A stretch of 64,000 nt of DNA from Squalus acanthias. Taxonomy: Eukaryota. A model generated the notes under the pieces. It had not been told where the DNA came from. It made no database searches and was given only the letters and a program-made list of their open reading frames with translations. The stretch spans positions 130,698,001 to 130,762,000 of the forward strand of contig CM059431.1 in assembly GCA_030390025.1 (NCBI GenBank). The letters are read 5' to 3'. Numbering within the stretch: the first letter of the stretch is position 1; each line of letters starts with the position of its first letter. The position numbers were made by a program, and so were the translations under genes. Positions 36,658 through 49,633 of the stretch are shown piece by piece.

Positions 36658-38987
36658 GAAAAATTGATATAGCCAGAAGCAAGATCTTGTAAATTTACCA
36701 CCTTAAATATGTACATCATACAAGGGTTCAGTAATTGGCAAATTTCTCATACATAAATGTGAAATCAAATTTGTCTTTTGCTTTTAAAAATGCATATAAA
36801 CTAAATCTTTTAAATTTTTCTAATGTTTTATGAACTAAACATTGAAGATTTTGTCTGTTTTATATTTATTCGAAATTTAAGCATACATGCCAGTCTCAAA
36901 AACTAGCTTCACAAAGGCTGACACTACACCAGAAAAGCTGACAGCTCAACAACAGCAATGGGAATAGCCTTATGACATGTGAAGATGAAGGGTTGCACTG
37001 AAAGTGCAGTGGGACGTAGGAAGCTTTATAGCGAACATTTAATCAGTTTTATTATAGGAAAACTCCTAACATGCATAAAAACACAGTTGTAGCAATGATG
37101 AATTTAGAAATTACAGAAGTGCTCAACTTGTGAGATTTATTTTCGAAAGGGATCTAAAGGCATCTTCTCCAGAAAGTTTTGATTTTTGTCACAATTTTTG
37201 AACATTTTCTGGTATTTTGGAGCCGACTGTAATTGTGCATTTCCAGCTAAAATTAATTTCTCCTGGAAAGGTTCCAAGTATTTTAAATATGAAAATGAAC
37301 CTAGGTGTACAGACTGATATACAAGTTTACAAGTAAAGGCAAAGGGGTTAATATCTATCTGTTAAAATATTGGCCAGATGAATGTCCAATTCATCCACAA
37401 TTATCACAACAGTTATTTATGATCTATGTTGTTCATTTGAGCCTGTCAAAAATATGTATTTTCTTTTGCATGAAATAAAATTCTCACAGTACAATTATTA
37501 CAGAAACAAAGTATGTAAAAATGTGTTCCTCTTCGGCACACCTGACTATCTCTTGTCTCGGTGCAAATCTATTATACTCTTACTGATTATTAATGCTACT
37601 AATCATATTTCCTTGTGGATGTTAAGTGCTCCAATATAGATGGTGTGTACCCTCTCCCCAATGTATTCCACTGTTAACAAAGGGACTACAACCATATGTG
37701 CACAAACTGAAATAGCTAAGTTACATAACATAATGGGCACTACAAATCACACGCAAACAAGCCAATGGTCTGCATCACCTTCCGCACCTCTTCACCTTAC
37801 TGCCAGGCCCTCTCGGACACTCTGATCTAAGGAAGCAGGCTGTCCCAGTTCAAGGCCCACTGCCAGCTTCTTGTGATGTTCTGGGCCACAATGGCCAGGA
37901 ATTGAAGCATACTCTGGGAATGCCTCCTTCTCTCATTAGCATTGCCACGCTGAGCCTGCACCTGCAACAGATGCAGGCCTTGCTTTGCCCTTGGGGGTAG
38001 CTCTGGAAATCCCCAAGCAATGTAAAGGGGCAGAGTCCTGGCATAATGGGTCTCCTGCCCTCTTATTCTGACCTTTAAGTCTGAGGAATAGGTATTCGCT
38101 CAGGCAAAGGTGAGGAAAATCAGTCCCAGTTTTCTTATCCATCTTTAATGATTCCTCCTATTGCTTTAAAACATTTTTAATTGTACAGAATTACTTGTTT
38201 TTAAATGATGTAGTTACCCGATAGCAATTGTAATTACATCTCATTAGCCTTGAAATTAAGCCTCAGGATACTAGCATATGAAAGCTTCATGTATTAGTAT
38301 GAAATGCCCTTTCAGCTACTTTAACACAGGTTTTCACACATTTATTTTAATGGATTAACACCTCCAGATTAACACCTCCATTAAAATAGCAAAGGAATAA
38401 TTTACAAATACATTAAGTATACGAAGGATAATATCTGATGATTTTATTTCAAGAAACTTGTATTTTAATTAAAGCAAAAAGCATGTCCATGAAATTATTT
38501 TAAGGGAAGGTAATGTAGGATTAGGAAGGAGGATAGAGAGCAAGTAGAGTAGATCTGGGCCTGAAGCCTGAGCAGGGAATGGTGCTGAGGCCAGAATAGA
38601 AGCAGGTTGAGGCTAGGAGTGAGTGGGAAATGTGGAAGTTGGGGTTACTGTGGTGTAGGAGGAGGATACCAGGATGTTGGAGCATTGAGCCATACCATGA
38701 CATCTAGGATTTGTAATGTGGTTTCTTTGTTATATCACCCTTACAATTCTACTTTTTCCACTTGGTTGTGATGGAGGCTCAACAGCATAGCTCTTTCTGA
38801 GAGTTGTAGTGCAGTTGTATGGCTCAGAACCTCAAACCTCAGCTGGGCAGGCTGAGCCATGATGTGTCAAAGAAGTGCATGCCCAATATTAGGGATGTTC
38901 ATGAAGCCCAGCCCAGCAGAGTGCACTAGACTGTACACAGGGAACATTGTTGGAGTGATTGGAAAACAGGGATGGAGAAGATTCTGA

Positions 38988-38991
<4 letters not shown>

Positions 38992-39020
<29 letters not shown>
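38992..39020. repeat. (TG)n microsatellite
   Basis: Direct reading. Confidence 0.95.
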
Positions 39021-39022
<2 letters not shown>

Positions 39023-39320
39023 AAATTATGTTTTAAATGTTGTTTTTGTGATATATAGTGGGGAGGGTGAGGAACTGCCTTGGTGGTTGTATTTCAGAGA
39101 ATTGTTTTTGATGGAATATTATTGGGAATAAAATTGAATTTGAGGAGAAACATTTTGTGTAATATGATTGCCGAATAGCAAAAGCATAATTAAGGTAAAA
39201 AAAAACAATTAGAAGTGGGAAAAATAGAGGCTTAAATACTTAAACAATGAAGGGGAAGAAAAATTAAATGGCTGTAGTCATGATACCGACAATATACTCG
39301 ATCGACTTGACAGACACAGC

Positions 39321-39654
39321 GGGGGTGAAATTGGTCTTGGGTGATAGCGGAAAACGGGTGATAGTGAATCAGTAGCCCATTTTACACAGTGCCCAATTTG
39401 CTTTTCCATTGACTTCAAAATTGAGCAGGGTGTAAACAATGTTCCCTTTAATTTTTTTTGTATGCGGCCCCTTTAACAGCTGCACGGTCCATTCAAATTC
39501 CCGCGCATGCGCGGTTTTTCCTATTTTAAGCTGGCAAGCGGCCTGCGCGGGAGCTCCAGGCAGCTGCGCAGCCGCGGAGCTTAAAGGGAACATTGGGTGT
39601 AAAGCAGACTACTGATTCGCTACCGCCCATTCTGTTATCACCAGTTTCACCCCC
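39321..39654. mobile_element. Small Harbinger-type MITE, host of a hAT MITE
   Basis: TIR GGGGGTGAAATTGG...CCAGTTTCACCCCC; flanks AGC/AGT. Confidence 0.7.
39437..39595. mobile_element. hAT-superfamily MITE (159 bp)
   Basis: Perfect 15-bp TIR CAATGTTCCCTTTAA...TTAAAGGGAACATTG; 8-bp TSD GGTGTAAA (39429-39436, 39596-39603). Confidence 0.9.
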
Positions 39655-39927
39655 AGTATATTTTATTTAAAGAGGAAAAAAAGCTTTTTACCACACTGGA
39701 TTTTCCAACTAAGAGAAGGTGCAATATTCTGCTGTAACTCCTCAAAAGGAGCTGTCGACCTAAATTTTCTAAAATGTGCTGGTGGCGGGTGCTGTTTCTT
39801 ACCACCAACGCATACTCGGAAAAAGTAATCCAGTTAACTTGGCCTGCAATCTTTTCCTCACTTTCCTTGACAGCCCATCTGAGATTAGTAACTAATTGTG
39901 TGAGAATTTATGCCTGATGAGTGCACG

Positions 39928-41140
39928 TGAAAGGATATTTACTAGTCCTAGCCCCCTTTGGGGCTATCCCGGGTCAGGCGTATTTCTCAGATGTTCACTT
40001 TCAACTAAAGTTTGAGGTAGCCAAATCCTAAAGACGCTTAACTGGGTCTAAAGGTCCGGGCTATTTCTCCCTAAAGGAAAGGAGCAACCCGAGAATGTTA
40101 CCATCCTCCAGATAGCATTTTTAATAAGTTTAGCCAGACTGTAACGTCCTGGATATTATGAGGGTCCGGAGAGCTCCTTCAGAAATGTACCTCTCCACCA
40201 AAGAGTGTACAGAGATTGGGTTTGCGAGTTATTGATACAGAAGACTTATGTGAGACAATTCTAAAAATATATAGAGATTTATTAAAAGAACCGACATGCA
40301 ATTTACATTTGGTGAATCAGTCAATCGCAATGTTAACAGTTCTAAAAAGAGAAAAAATGCGATCCTTTTAATAGAGAATCTTACTTTTAAATCTTAACTT
40401 CGTTACAGTATTACAGTTCTTAAAATTTTCAATATAGAATATCCATCAATATCAAATTACCTTTGATCCCCGAGGTACAAAGAGTGGAAGACCACAGAGC
40501 CGCCTCTGTAGTCGAGAATCGCTTTGCCCGATTAAAGCGAGTCTGATATTCCATTTGAGACTTCAATATTTATACCCTTTTTCAGTTGTATCCCATAAGG
40601 TTTCTGTTGATCCAAGTTAATTATCACTATTCATCTTTCTGCCGACCTCTTGCAATTCTTACTGCTACATCGGCAATAGTTATTGGGAGTTTTTACCATA
40701 TAGGTGTGAAGGCAGATGTCCCTTATTTCATGTGTCATCTTTACGAGGGCAGATGTTCCTTATCTTATGTGCCATCTTTAAGAGGTTTAATTTAGATCAC
40801 TTATCCAGGGTTGACCATTGTGTTGTTCCCAAAAGGCCAGCCACTCGGAGCCACCCATTCTTCTGTTTCAATAAGGTTATTTATTCAGGGTCAACAGCTT
40901 GTCCTGTTTCACTAGCCAGAATTCTTTCATAGCTATTTCAGAGTTAGATTTCTAAATTGCCAAACCCAGTTTGTCATGTTTTAAAGAAATTATAAGGTAG
41001 AGTTCCTTATACGGTACTCTTCAGGGTCAACCACTGTCTTATCTCAACAAGGCCGGAATTCTTTCAAAAGATAGTGTATTTTTCTAAAAAGGCTACACAG
41101 TATATTTTTCTAAAAAGGTTATATAGTATATTCCTTCACA
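39928..41140 (-). mobile_element. Solo LTR (1213 bp)
   Basis: TGAAAGGA...TCCTTCACA termini; 4-bp TSD CACG (39924-39927, 41141-41144); minus-strand TATAAA (40569-40574) upstream of AATAAA (40278-40283). Confidence 0.8.
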
Positions 41141-41749
41141 CACGATGGAAATTGTGGTTGATTAACTTTTACAAAATTGAGATTTTAAGTATGAAACAGT
41201 AAAGGAAAATATTCAGAGCTCTTATGGCTTAATTTTATGACTCCGCACTGCCATCTGGGAGCCATGCCCTCTTGCAGTGAATATCAGAAATGTAGGCCTT
41301 GCATTGCTGGGAAATCGGAACAATCTATGTCCCTGTTGATTATGAATGCTGAATGAAATGGCAAACATAGTGCGATATATCCAGCTTCACATTCTATAAG
41401 GTCAAAGGTCATCAATGGAAATGATTGCATCACACCAGCTGTTATCCATAAAGGCAGTTATTGTAAACTCATTTTTTTTCTCACATTCATTCCTAAGGAA
41501 ATGGTATTGAGCACTTAAACGAAGCTCTACTTGCATATGTGTCTACCATCTGTGTTTGACAGTGGCCTGTTTTACGTGTTTGCGTTGGATACAAAAATCA
41601 ACATCCCTGGCCCCCTCTCCTCAAAGCTGTTCCTACCCAAGTCCTGCTGCAACTTAGTGATTCCGGCTGCTGCATAGCGTGGGTAGTAATTCTCATGAAG
41701 AGGCAGCCGGAATCATTTCAAGTAGCAGCAAAATTAGGGTAAGAGTGGC

Positions 41750-41925
41750 ATTCAGGACGAAAGTGAAGGGGAGAGAAATGCAGGGAGGTGAAGGGAGAAG
41801 TGAAGTGAAGGAGAGAGGTAAGTGAAGAGGAAAAGGGGAAAGTGAAGAGGAAGGGGGAAGTGAATGGGAGTGCAGAGGTAAGGAGAAAGTGGAGAGGAAT
41901 GGGGAAGTGAAGAAGAATAAGAATC
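41750..41925. repeat. Purine-rich low-complexity repeat (AAGTGAAG-like units)
   Basis: Direct reading. Confidence 0.6.
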
Positions 41926-42229
41926 TGAGAGTGGCGCTTTGGGGAGGAGGAAGGATAGTGCCAACATTAACTGGGAATGTTGAAAGGGGGAAAAGAGTGG
42001 TAGCTTTAACTAAGAGAAGAAAAATGCCAACCTTTTCTCCCCATTGCAGCACCCGTCTCTACCTCGCACAGAGTAGCAAACCCAACTGCCTCGTACTTCA
42101 TTCCTGGCATTCATCCTGCCCAGTTCATTCCTTGGGGTTAACCGTAATAACATCGACCTCATTCCTCTTATCTTTTCCATTGATCCCCACCACCCCTCTG
42201 ACCTTGGCAGTGGGTCACCAGCCACTACC

Positions 42230-42410
42230 ATCCAGAATGTGTGCTTCCTTATAAGCAATGCCTTTGCCATCGATGGCCTTATCATGGATGAATGTATTGA
42301 CATTCTGGGCCTGACAGTAACCTGGCTTGTGGGTGACAATTCCATCTCACGCACTTCCATCCCTCTCACCTCTCACTTAGAATCAGTGTGTCGACTACCC
42401 ACCCAAGCCC
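42230..42410 (+). mobile_element. Decayed LINE endonuclease N-terminus (L2-like)
   Basis: QNVCFLISNAFAIDGLIMDECIDILGLTVTWL resembles the APE start motif NVRS..K...DILALTETWL. Confidence 0.5.
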
Positions 42411-43097
42411 TGCTTTGCCCATAAAACAGGCCTAAACTGTGTTGTGACATATGCTCAGGAACTGAATGGGATGTCGCTATAAGATTTTTTTTTAATATCA
42501 GGTACCCTGCCCTTTTCCATTTAGCACCAATGCCATCTTGCCTGATGCCCCGCTCTACTTTGTCCACCTGTGAGATCTATCTCAACCCCGCCAAAAAAAT
42601 GCCTGCTGCACTATAGGCAGCCAGCCTGCTGGCACCCGACAATATGAACCAGGTGTGCCCAATGAGTCATGAGAGATGCGCCCAGATCACCAGTAAACTA
42701 TGCAAATAGGCTCTCCTTGTTTCATTCAGCATGATCAGATCATTTGTGCACGTTTGCCTGCACCAGTCTCAGGGAGCTGGGTCACATTTCTGACCTCATA
42801 GTTTCCCATGCTGTGAGTTCCCAGTCCAGAGTGTCACCAAGTGGAGGGGTATGAAATCGGAGAGCAAGTCAACCTGTGTCACAATTGTGAGACACCTAAC
42901 TGGCTGCTTCTTACTGCTGTTAGTAAGCTGCACAGACCACCTTCGCTCTTGGTCAGGGAATGGATGTGGAACTACTGATTGATTTCTATTTAAAATCATT
43001 GCTGATCAAATAGATGAGGTTAATCCTTGGAATAGTGAAGGATTTTGTGAAGTTTGTGCCAGTCAAGTCTGGTCTCTCATATTTGGCTAAACTACAT

Positions 43098-43821
43098 GGG
43101 GACAAAATTGGGTCACGCCCACTTTGGGACGCTAACTTCGCCAGGGCGCTACTTTTAGCGCCCTGAAAGAGTTAGTGCCCCCGCGCCCGAAATTCACTGG
43201 TAGCGCCCCAAGAGGGAGGTGGGGCGCTACTGGAAGCGCTCCGCCTACCTCTTGGGGCGCTGCGAGTGAATATCGCGGCGCTACGTGCAGCAGCGCCACG
43301 TGCTGCGGCACGTTGCGCCGTGGTACTGCAGGCCTTCCTCCCCTTATTAAAGGGGAGGTGCCTAGCGCAGTGCGACCCAGGGCCCAGCTGGGCCACCAGG
43401 AATCGGAGTGCCGGCAAAAGAACCCGGCACTCAAGAGAAGTGCTGGGCTCACGGAGCGCAGCCGGCACCCCGTGGGGCGGGGAGGGGCTGCACAGGAGGC
43501 CGGGGACAGCAACGGGGCCAGGTGCTGGCAGGTGGCCAGCAACAAAAATGGCCGCCCGGCACCTCCCCTATAATTTGCGCCACCCCGGCCACAGGTAGGC
43601 CCCCTTGACCCTGTCGGACATAGCCTTCGGCGGTAAGTCAGGGGGCGCTACCGAAGATCGCAGCCGGGGTGTGAGCGGGGCGCTGCGCATGGCAATGACA
43701 TAATCGCCGGGGGCGCAGTGCCGCGGGGCGCTAATGGTTACCGCCGCCGCTAACCTCCCGCTGAATTTCGCGCCCTCTTAGGGCGCTAATGGGAGGCACA
43801 AATCAACCGAATTTTTGCCCT
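43098..43821. mobile_element. GC/CpG-rich Harbinger-type MITE
   Basis: TIR GGGGACAAAATTGGG...CCGAATTTTTGCCCT; TSD CAT (43095-43097, 43822-43824); many GGGCGCT/AGCGCCC motifs. Confidence 0.8.
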
Positions 43822-45189
43822 CATAATTTTAAAACATAATCCAGGGAAGAATGTGATTAGTGATTAAACACTGAAAGCAACATTATGGTGCACAGAAGCA
43901 GTTTCAAGCTCAAAAATCCTAATACATGAACAAATCCAAGTAAGTCAATTCGCTATTGAACCTATTAGACATGCATTTTGCTGTTACATATCACTCTAAT
44001 CATGGTCATGAATAAAATTTAGTCATTGTTCATTGTATGATCAAAAATGAGACCTCTATATGCCTTTACTTGACCTGATGCCTTTGTACATTGAGTTGCA
44101 AAACCTAAATGAACTGACTCTCTTTGATTGCCAGCATTGCCAGCTGCATTGTGGTGCATACAGATGCACAATGCAGGATGTCACAAATGCATGCATCACT
44201 TCAGCAGTGCACTTGGTGTTAATTTGAATTTCAAAATGAGCCAATGCAGGTATTCTAGCCAGTGCATTTCAAGCAAAGTGCAATGTCCGAGTCAATCCTT
44301 AGTGTTGCACTTGTGCTGATAAATAAGTGTTATGGGACATCTGAATGGGTTGCTAGCTAATCCTGTAAATAAGGAGTTTAAGTGAAGCATTCAAAAATAA
44401 ATTGGATTAATTTCAGTAGTAAACAGAGGGTTAAGAGTTTAGGCTTAAAAGAAGATTAAAAAATGCTCCAATCAGGTCTTGAAATAGGGCCGGTATGATG
44501 CAGCGGGCTGACTGATCATTACTTATTCCCACCCTCTGTAGGTTCTTAATAACAGAGTGTGAAGGTTTGGTGACCACATTGACAGATCAGTGGAAAATTT
44601 AAAGTGGTAATGATTGTAATTCTGTGCAGAAATTCTGAAAAGATAATAGAGGTTAAGGACGATCAAAGGTGCAGGCGTGCTCCTCCCGGCTCCACTGCAG
44701 TGCCGAAGTACATTGCCAGCTCTCGATCTACTCCCTCCCTCCCGTTTGCCTCCCCCCGAAATCTACCTGAGGACCACTGCTGGTGACACAACGGCCCAAA
44801 ATCAAATGTCAATTCACCGGCGAGGTGCCTATGGACACCCAGTATGCGGCCACTGCTCACCGGTCTCATTTAATTGAGGCCCGAGTCACAATATCAAATG
44901 TGCTTTGCGCCTACCCAATCTGGTGCAGGGATCGTTCCCACTGTCCAGTCCATATTGGCGCAAAAATTTCTAGGCCACTTTCTCTGTAGGACAAGATGGC
45001 ATGTAACATATTAGAAAGATAGCATATCAAACATCAGCAGAAGGAAGACCCCTAACTTTAGACCACTGAATCAGTTTGAACAGTCATATGCTAAGACAAG
45101 CGAACATAAGATAAGTGGGTCCAGTGAAGTTGAATTTGAACCTCGGGGCTAGCAGCATCCATTTCCTCTTTCTCAATAACAGACTCATT

Positions 45190-46064
45190 GGCCACGATTT
45201 TTCCTCTCAATGCGGCTTGGGGGTGGGACAGCTGCCTTCCGGGTTCCGATCCCGCCCCCAACGACGTCCGACGCACAGACATGATTTTGCGTCAATTGGC
45301 CTTGTTAAGCCCGCCCAACGGGCTTGCCGGCCAATTAAGAGGAAGCCAGTGTCAGATGACGTCAGTTGATGACGCGTCATCTGCCGGATGTCTTAAAGGG
45401 GCCACGCACAATTTTTTTGGACAGCTGACTTTTCAGTGTTTGACAGCATTGAGGTGCTGCAAACACTGACAATCACTGTACAAAGGTGAGCCCTTTCACC
45501 CAGGCTCTGCAGTGACTCCCTCCTTAGGCTAGAACAGATGGCAGCTGCAAGTGAGGTTACAGAAGCGATCTGTCACTGGTGAGAGAGGTTCTCCCAATGA
45601 GGTGGGACTACACATACAATCCAAAACTTGTCACCTACAGAAAAGTCTAAATACAATAAAAATTATTTTCTCAATATTTTCTTACCTCTGAAACTCACCG
45701 GTGTACCATTGGATCCTTCACACCACTTCTGCAGCTGTCATCAATGCAGAAACATTACAGTAGACACACAACACGCCACACTTACCTGGCATGGTGTCCG
45801 GACGTCAGGAAGCCCGCAGTCGACCTGTCAAAATTGCAAAAAGCCTCTTAACTGCCTGTTAACAACCTGTTAACAAGCAGTTAAGTGCCTATAATCCTCT
45901 TCCCGCAGCTAGGTGTCGGGTCCATGCGCAAATCGGGGACCCGACACCTGGGAAGATTGTTTGGAGGCGGGATGATGGCGGGTTTCCGACCCGCTGTCAA
46001 TCTTTGCAATTTTGCCGGATGTCCCGCCTCCAAACCCGCCCCGAGTGACGGCAAAATTCCGGCC
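45190..46064. mobile_element. PIF/Harbinger-type MITE, family A copy 3
   Basis: TIR GGCCACGATTTT...AAAATTCCGGCC; TSD ATT (45187-45189, 46065-46067). Confidence 0.9.
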
Positions 46065-46464
46065 ATTATCTCACATGCTTATATGGCAGCACACTATGTT
46101 GATGTACATTAGAAAGAAAGAACTTGCATTTATATAGCGCCTTTCACGACCTGAGGACGTCCCAAAGCGTTTTACAGCCAATGAAGTATTTTTGAAGTGT
46201 AGTCACTGTTGTAATGTGGGAAACGTTAAGAAGCACTCATTGTGTGTTATCCCACTTGTTCAGTGACGGTGGAGATTTAGATCCTGGGTCAGATTTGTGC
46301 TTCAAGTTCTTTTACTCATTCTTAATTTAAAAAAAATATATATATTTTTATAACAATGGGAGTTGAGAAAACTGAAAGCACTTGGTATTTGTGAAATGTG
46401 GTTTTTTTAAAACTTTTTAAAATTTGTTTCTATGTTTAAGAGTTGTAATTTCCACTCTGATTGT

Positions 46465-47712
46465 GTTGTTAGACCAGACTTGGAGTACTGCGTACAGTTC
46501 TGGTCACCATATTATAATAAGGATATAGAGGCACTGGAGAGAGTGCAAAAAAGATTTACAAGGATGATACCAGAACGGCGAGGTTATACCTAGCAGGAAA
46601 AGATGAACAGGCTGGGTCTCATTTCTCTTGAAAAGAGATGGCTGAGGGGGTGACCTAATAGAGATTGTTAAAATTATGAAAGGTTTTGATAGAGTAGACA
46701 CAGAGGGCTGGATTTTCATTGACCCGTGAAGGTGGGTTTGGAGGCGTGTGGGGGGTTAAAATTGCGAAAACTGGCGGGCAGGCACAAGGCTGCCTCCATC
46801 CCGCCTCCACGCAATTTTCATAAAATCGTGTCTGCTGGTCCCAACTCCATTCCACCTTTAAGAGGCGGGATAGGCTGTTAAGGCCCTTAACAAGCACTAA
46901 ATTGCCTCTATAATGCCATTTTGAAAGGTCTTTGTGATTTTAACCTTTTTTCTACATGAAGCACGCCTGTTCTGAACCACGAATGTGAAACCTGGCGGGA
47001 GCACATTTGGATGACCGACCGACCGACTGACTATGGGGATGCATATATGAATGGCTATGTGGATGGATGGGGAGGACACATATCTGGGAGTGGTGGTGTA
47101 AAAATATCTGGGAGCAGACTTAGGGCTGCTGCTGCTGCTCATTTTGCATCCAGGTCCTCTCACAGCAAAGGCCAGGCAGTCTCTGAAGACCTTCAATGCA
47201 GCAGCAATGATGACATCATCAGAGGCGACTTTCAGACTGAAAACACTAATTGGTTTATGGGTTCCCACATGCTGGAACTCAATTGCCCAATTAGGTGAAA
47301 ATTGCATCAATCTCCCACATCCAATTGCAGTCGGGTGGATAACACGAAAAGTGGATGACACGACCCCAACCCGCCCCAGTATCAAAATCCAGCCCAGAGA
47401 GTGTGTTTCCACTTGTGGGGAAGAGTAAAACTAGAGGCCATCAATCTAAGATAGTCACCAAGAAATCAAATAGGGAATTCAGCAGAAACTTCTTTACCCA
47501 AAGAGTGGTGAGAATGTGTAACTCGCTACCACAGGGAATGGTTGAGGGGAATAGTATAGATGCATTTAAGGGGAAGCTAGATAAGCATGAGGAAGAAGGG
47601 AATTGAGGATTACGCTGATAAAGTTAAATGAGGAAGGATGGGAGGAGGTTCAAGTGGAACATAAACTGGTTGGCCCGAATGGCCTGTTTCGATGCTGTAT
47701 ATTCTATGTACT
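46465..47712 (+). mobile_element. CR1 3' fragment interrupted by a MITE
   Basis: [10 protein letters not shown]..., FFTQRVVRMCNSLPQ; tail ggcccgaatggcctgtttc...attctatgt. Confidence 0.85.
46705..47395. mobile_element. Harbinger-type MITE, family B long form
   Basis: TIR GGGCTGGATTTT...AAAATCCAGCCC; TSD AGA (46702-46704, 47396-47398); collinear with 26231-26783. Confidence 0.9.
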
Positions 47713-48185
47713 GTAATTCTATTAAATGCAGCAGCCAATTTGTGCACAGCCAGGTCCCATAAACAACAATGAGATAATGACCTGATAATATGTTTTAATT
47801 ATGTTAATTAAGGGATAAATATTGGCCAAGATACCGGGGAGAACTCCTCTGCTCTTCTTCGAAATGGTGCCTTGGGATCCTTTACGCCCACCTGAGAGTG
47901 CATACAGGGCCTCGGTTTAACATCTTATCTGAAAGACGGCACCTCCCTCAGTAGTGCACTGAAGTATCAGCCTAGATTATGTGCTCAAGTGTCTGGAATG
48001 GAACTTGAACCCACAACCATCTGACTCAGAGGTGAGAGTCCTGCCACTGAGCCACTACTGACACCTACCTTTTAGGTACATAACTGTTGAAAGGGATGTT
48101 TTGAAGTCAGGAGTCTGACATATTGCTTCCTTTTAAGAGTTGCATTGCTTATGGAGCTTTCCTTAGACCTTTGAAGATTGACGGA

Positions 48186-48742
48186 GGCCTGAAATTTGGG
48201 GGCCCTCCTCCCATTATTTTTGTTCCCTCCTGTTATGAGCCAACTTGTCCTGCAAGTAGTGAAGTTGTGTTGAGAATTTTTTTCCAAGTACTCCTCTCTT
48301 TATAGAATAAAAATTTGCCATCCCCTAGAACAGAAATACATGTGGCCCCTCAGTCCCCTTTGTAAAGGGGACTGAACTTTAAAAAAAAATCTTCTTTCTT
48401 TGGGGGTCCGTGCATCCCCAGCATGGATCCTCTGAGGTGGGCCGCATTGCTGCCGTTGGACAGGCTTCCATTCAGCGTACCAGCCTGCTGATACCCTGCC
48501 AGGCTGAGGATCCAGAAACTCATCGGGAGTCCCTGCCTCCTAGCCATGCCCCATCCTATTCCTATACTGCTGGCCTTGTTTGGAGCGTGCAAAGGCTCCC
48601 CCCTGAGAAGGCCCTGCTGAAACAGCCAAGGGAAGGGCAGCACCTAATGTAACTAGGTCCTGGCCTAATTCGAGGCCTTTCTGCCATACTGCCCCTGGAT
48701 TTACGATGGGAATATGCTGGAAGGGTCAAGGATTTTTAGGCC
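48186..48742. mobile_element. Old Harbinger-type MITE
   Basis: GGCCTGAAATT...GATTTTTAGGCC termini around a GC-richer block; no clean TSD. Confidence 0.45.
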
Positions 48743-49633
48743 CATAATCCTTTAGAGAATATTAGTGTAATTTAATAAAGTATGTTGGAAAGTTTAAGTG
48801 TGCCAAGAGTAAAGGATACCCAACACTGAATCCTCAAAATACAATTAATTTCTAGTGCAGAATAATTTTTTTGTTAGCAGATTATAAAATAACATCTCAG
48901 AAATGTTTCATAAAATTATTCTAGAAGCAGGTACTGACAGCTGTGTTTGGTTGGTTACATTTTAAATTAAATTCTTGTAAAGTACTTTTCTTCTTCATAC
49001 CATTATTGGGTTTGCATAATATAAAATGTCATCAATTATGCTGTGTTGGCACTGTCTTTGACATAATACCACACAATTATCGATGAATGTCCTGGCTAAC
49101 AGCCCAGCTGTTATTAGGTGCCTAAGGTTATTCTTCTCCCCAATTCACTTGCAATGTGATCTGTCAATTAATTGAAAATGGTAATTGTCCTATATAAAAA
49201 TACCATATGTCTCATGCTGGAATATGTGTTGCTTTTAGATTAATGGTTATTGATTGGTGCCATGTCAATAATCTGCCATTCTCTTCTGAAGTTATCTCTG
49301 GATTGATTTCAGAACAAAAAGTATTTCAACATTTTTATTGACCAAATTTAAAGAGTAACTCTACTTTCCTGATTATGTGTTGACCGTAAGAAGATCATTC
49401 ATTCCCTGTCCATCACCTAACACATTGCTGCTATTAGTCTCAGCTTTCTCTAACATCATGAATTGATGGTACCTCTATTATAACAGAGGACAAATAAGGC
49501 TTGCCTTTAACCACAACAGATTACTGTGTATTTGGCAGTTGTGTAACTGAAGTGATGGCTGCCAGGTCTTTGTTGTCTGATTTGATTGTCTCAAGAACTG
49601 AGTATTGTGATATTTCACCTTCAAATACGAGTT

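Larger units (their letters stand above)
46111..48065 (-). mobile_element. Deu-domain SINE in two pieces (46111-46225 tail; 47725-48065 head and core)
   Basis: The two pieces are collinear with the SINE at 2014-2439; separated by unassigned sequence and a CR1 fragment. Confidence 0.75.

Noticed and set aside
39733..39927. Alternative LTR start at TGTAAC 39733
   Set aside because: No matching TSD; the 39928 boundary gives a CACG TSD and a terminal inverted repeat
43098..43821. CpG island or host gene promoter with overlapping ORFs
   Set aside because: Bounded by TIRs and a CAT TSD; the ORFs in several frames reflect high GC content
44620..44976. Another Harbinger MITE
   Set aside because: A right TIR-like end (aaatttctaggcc) is present, but the left end and TSD could not be defined
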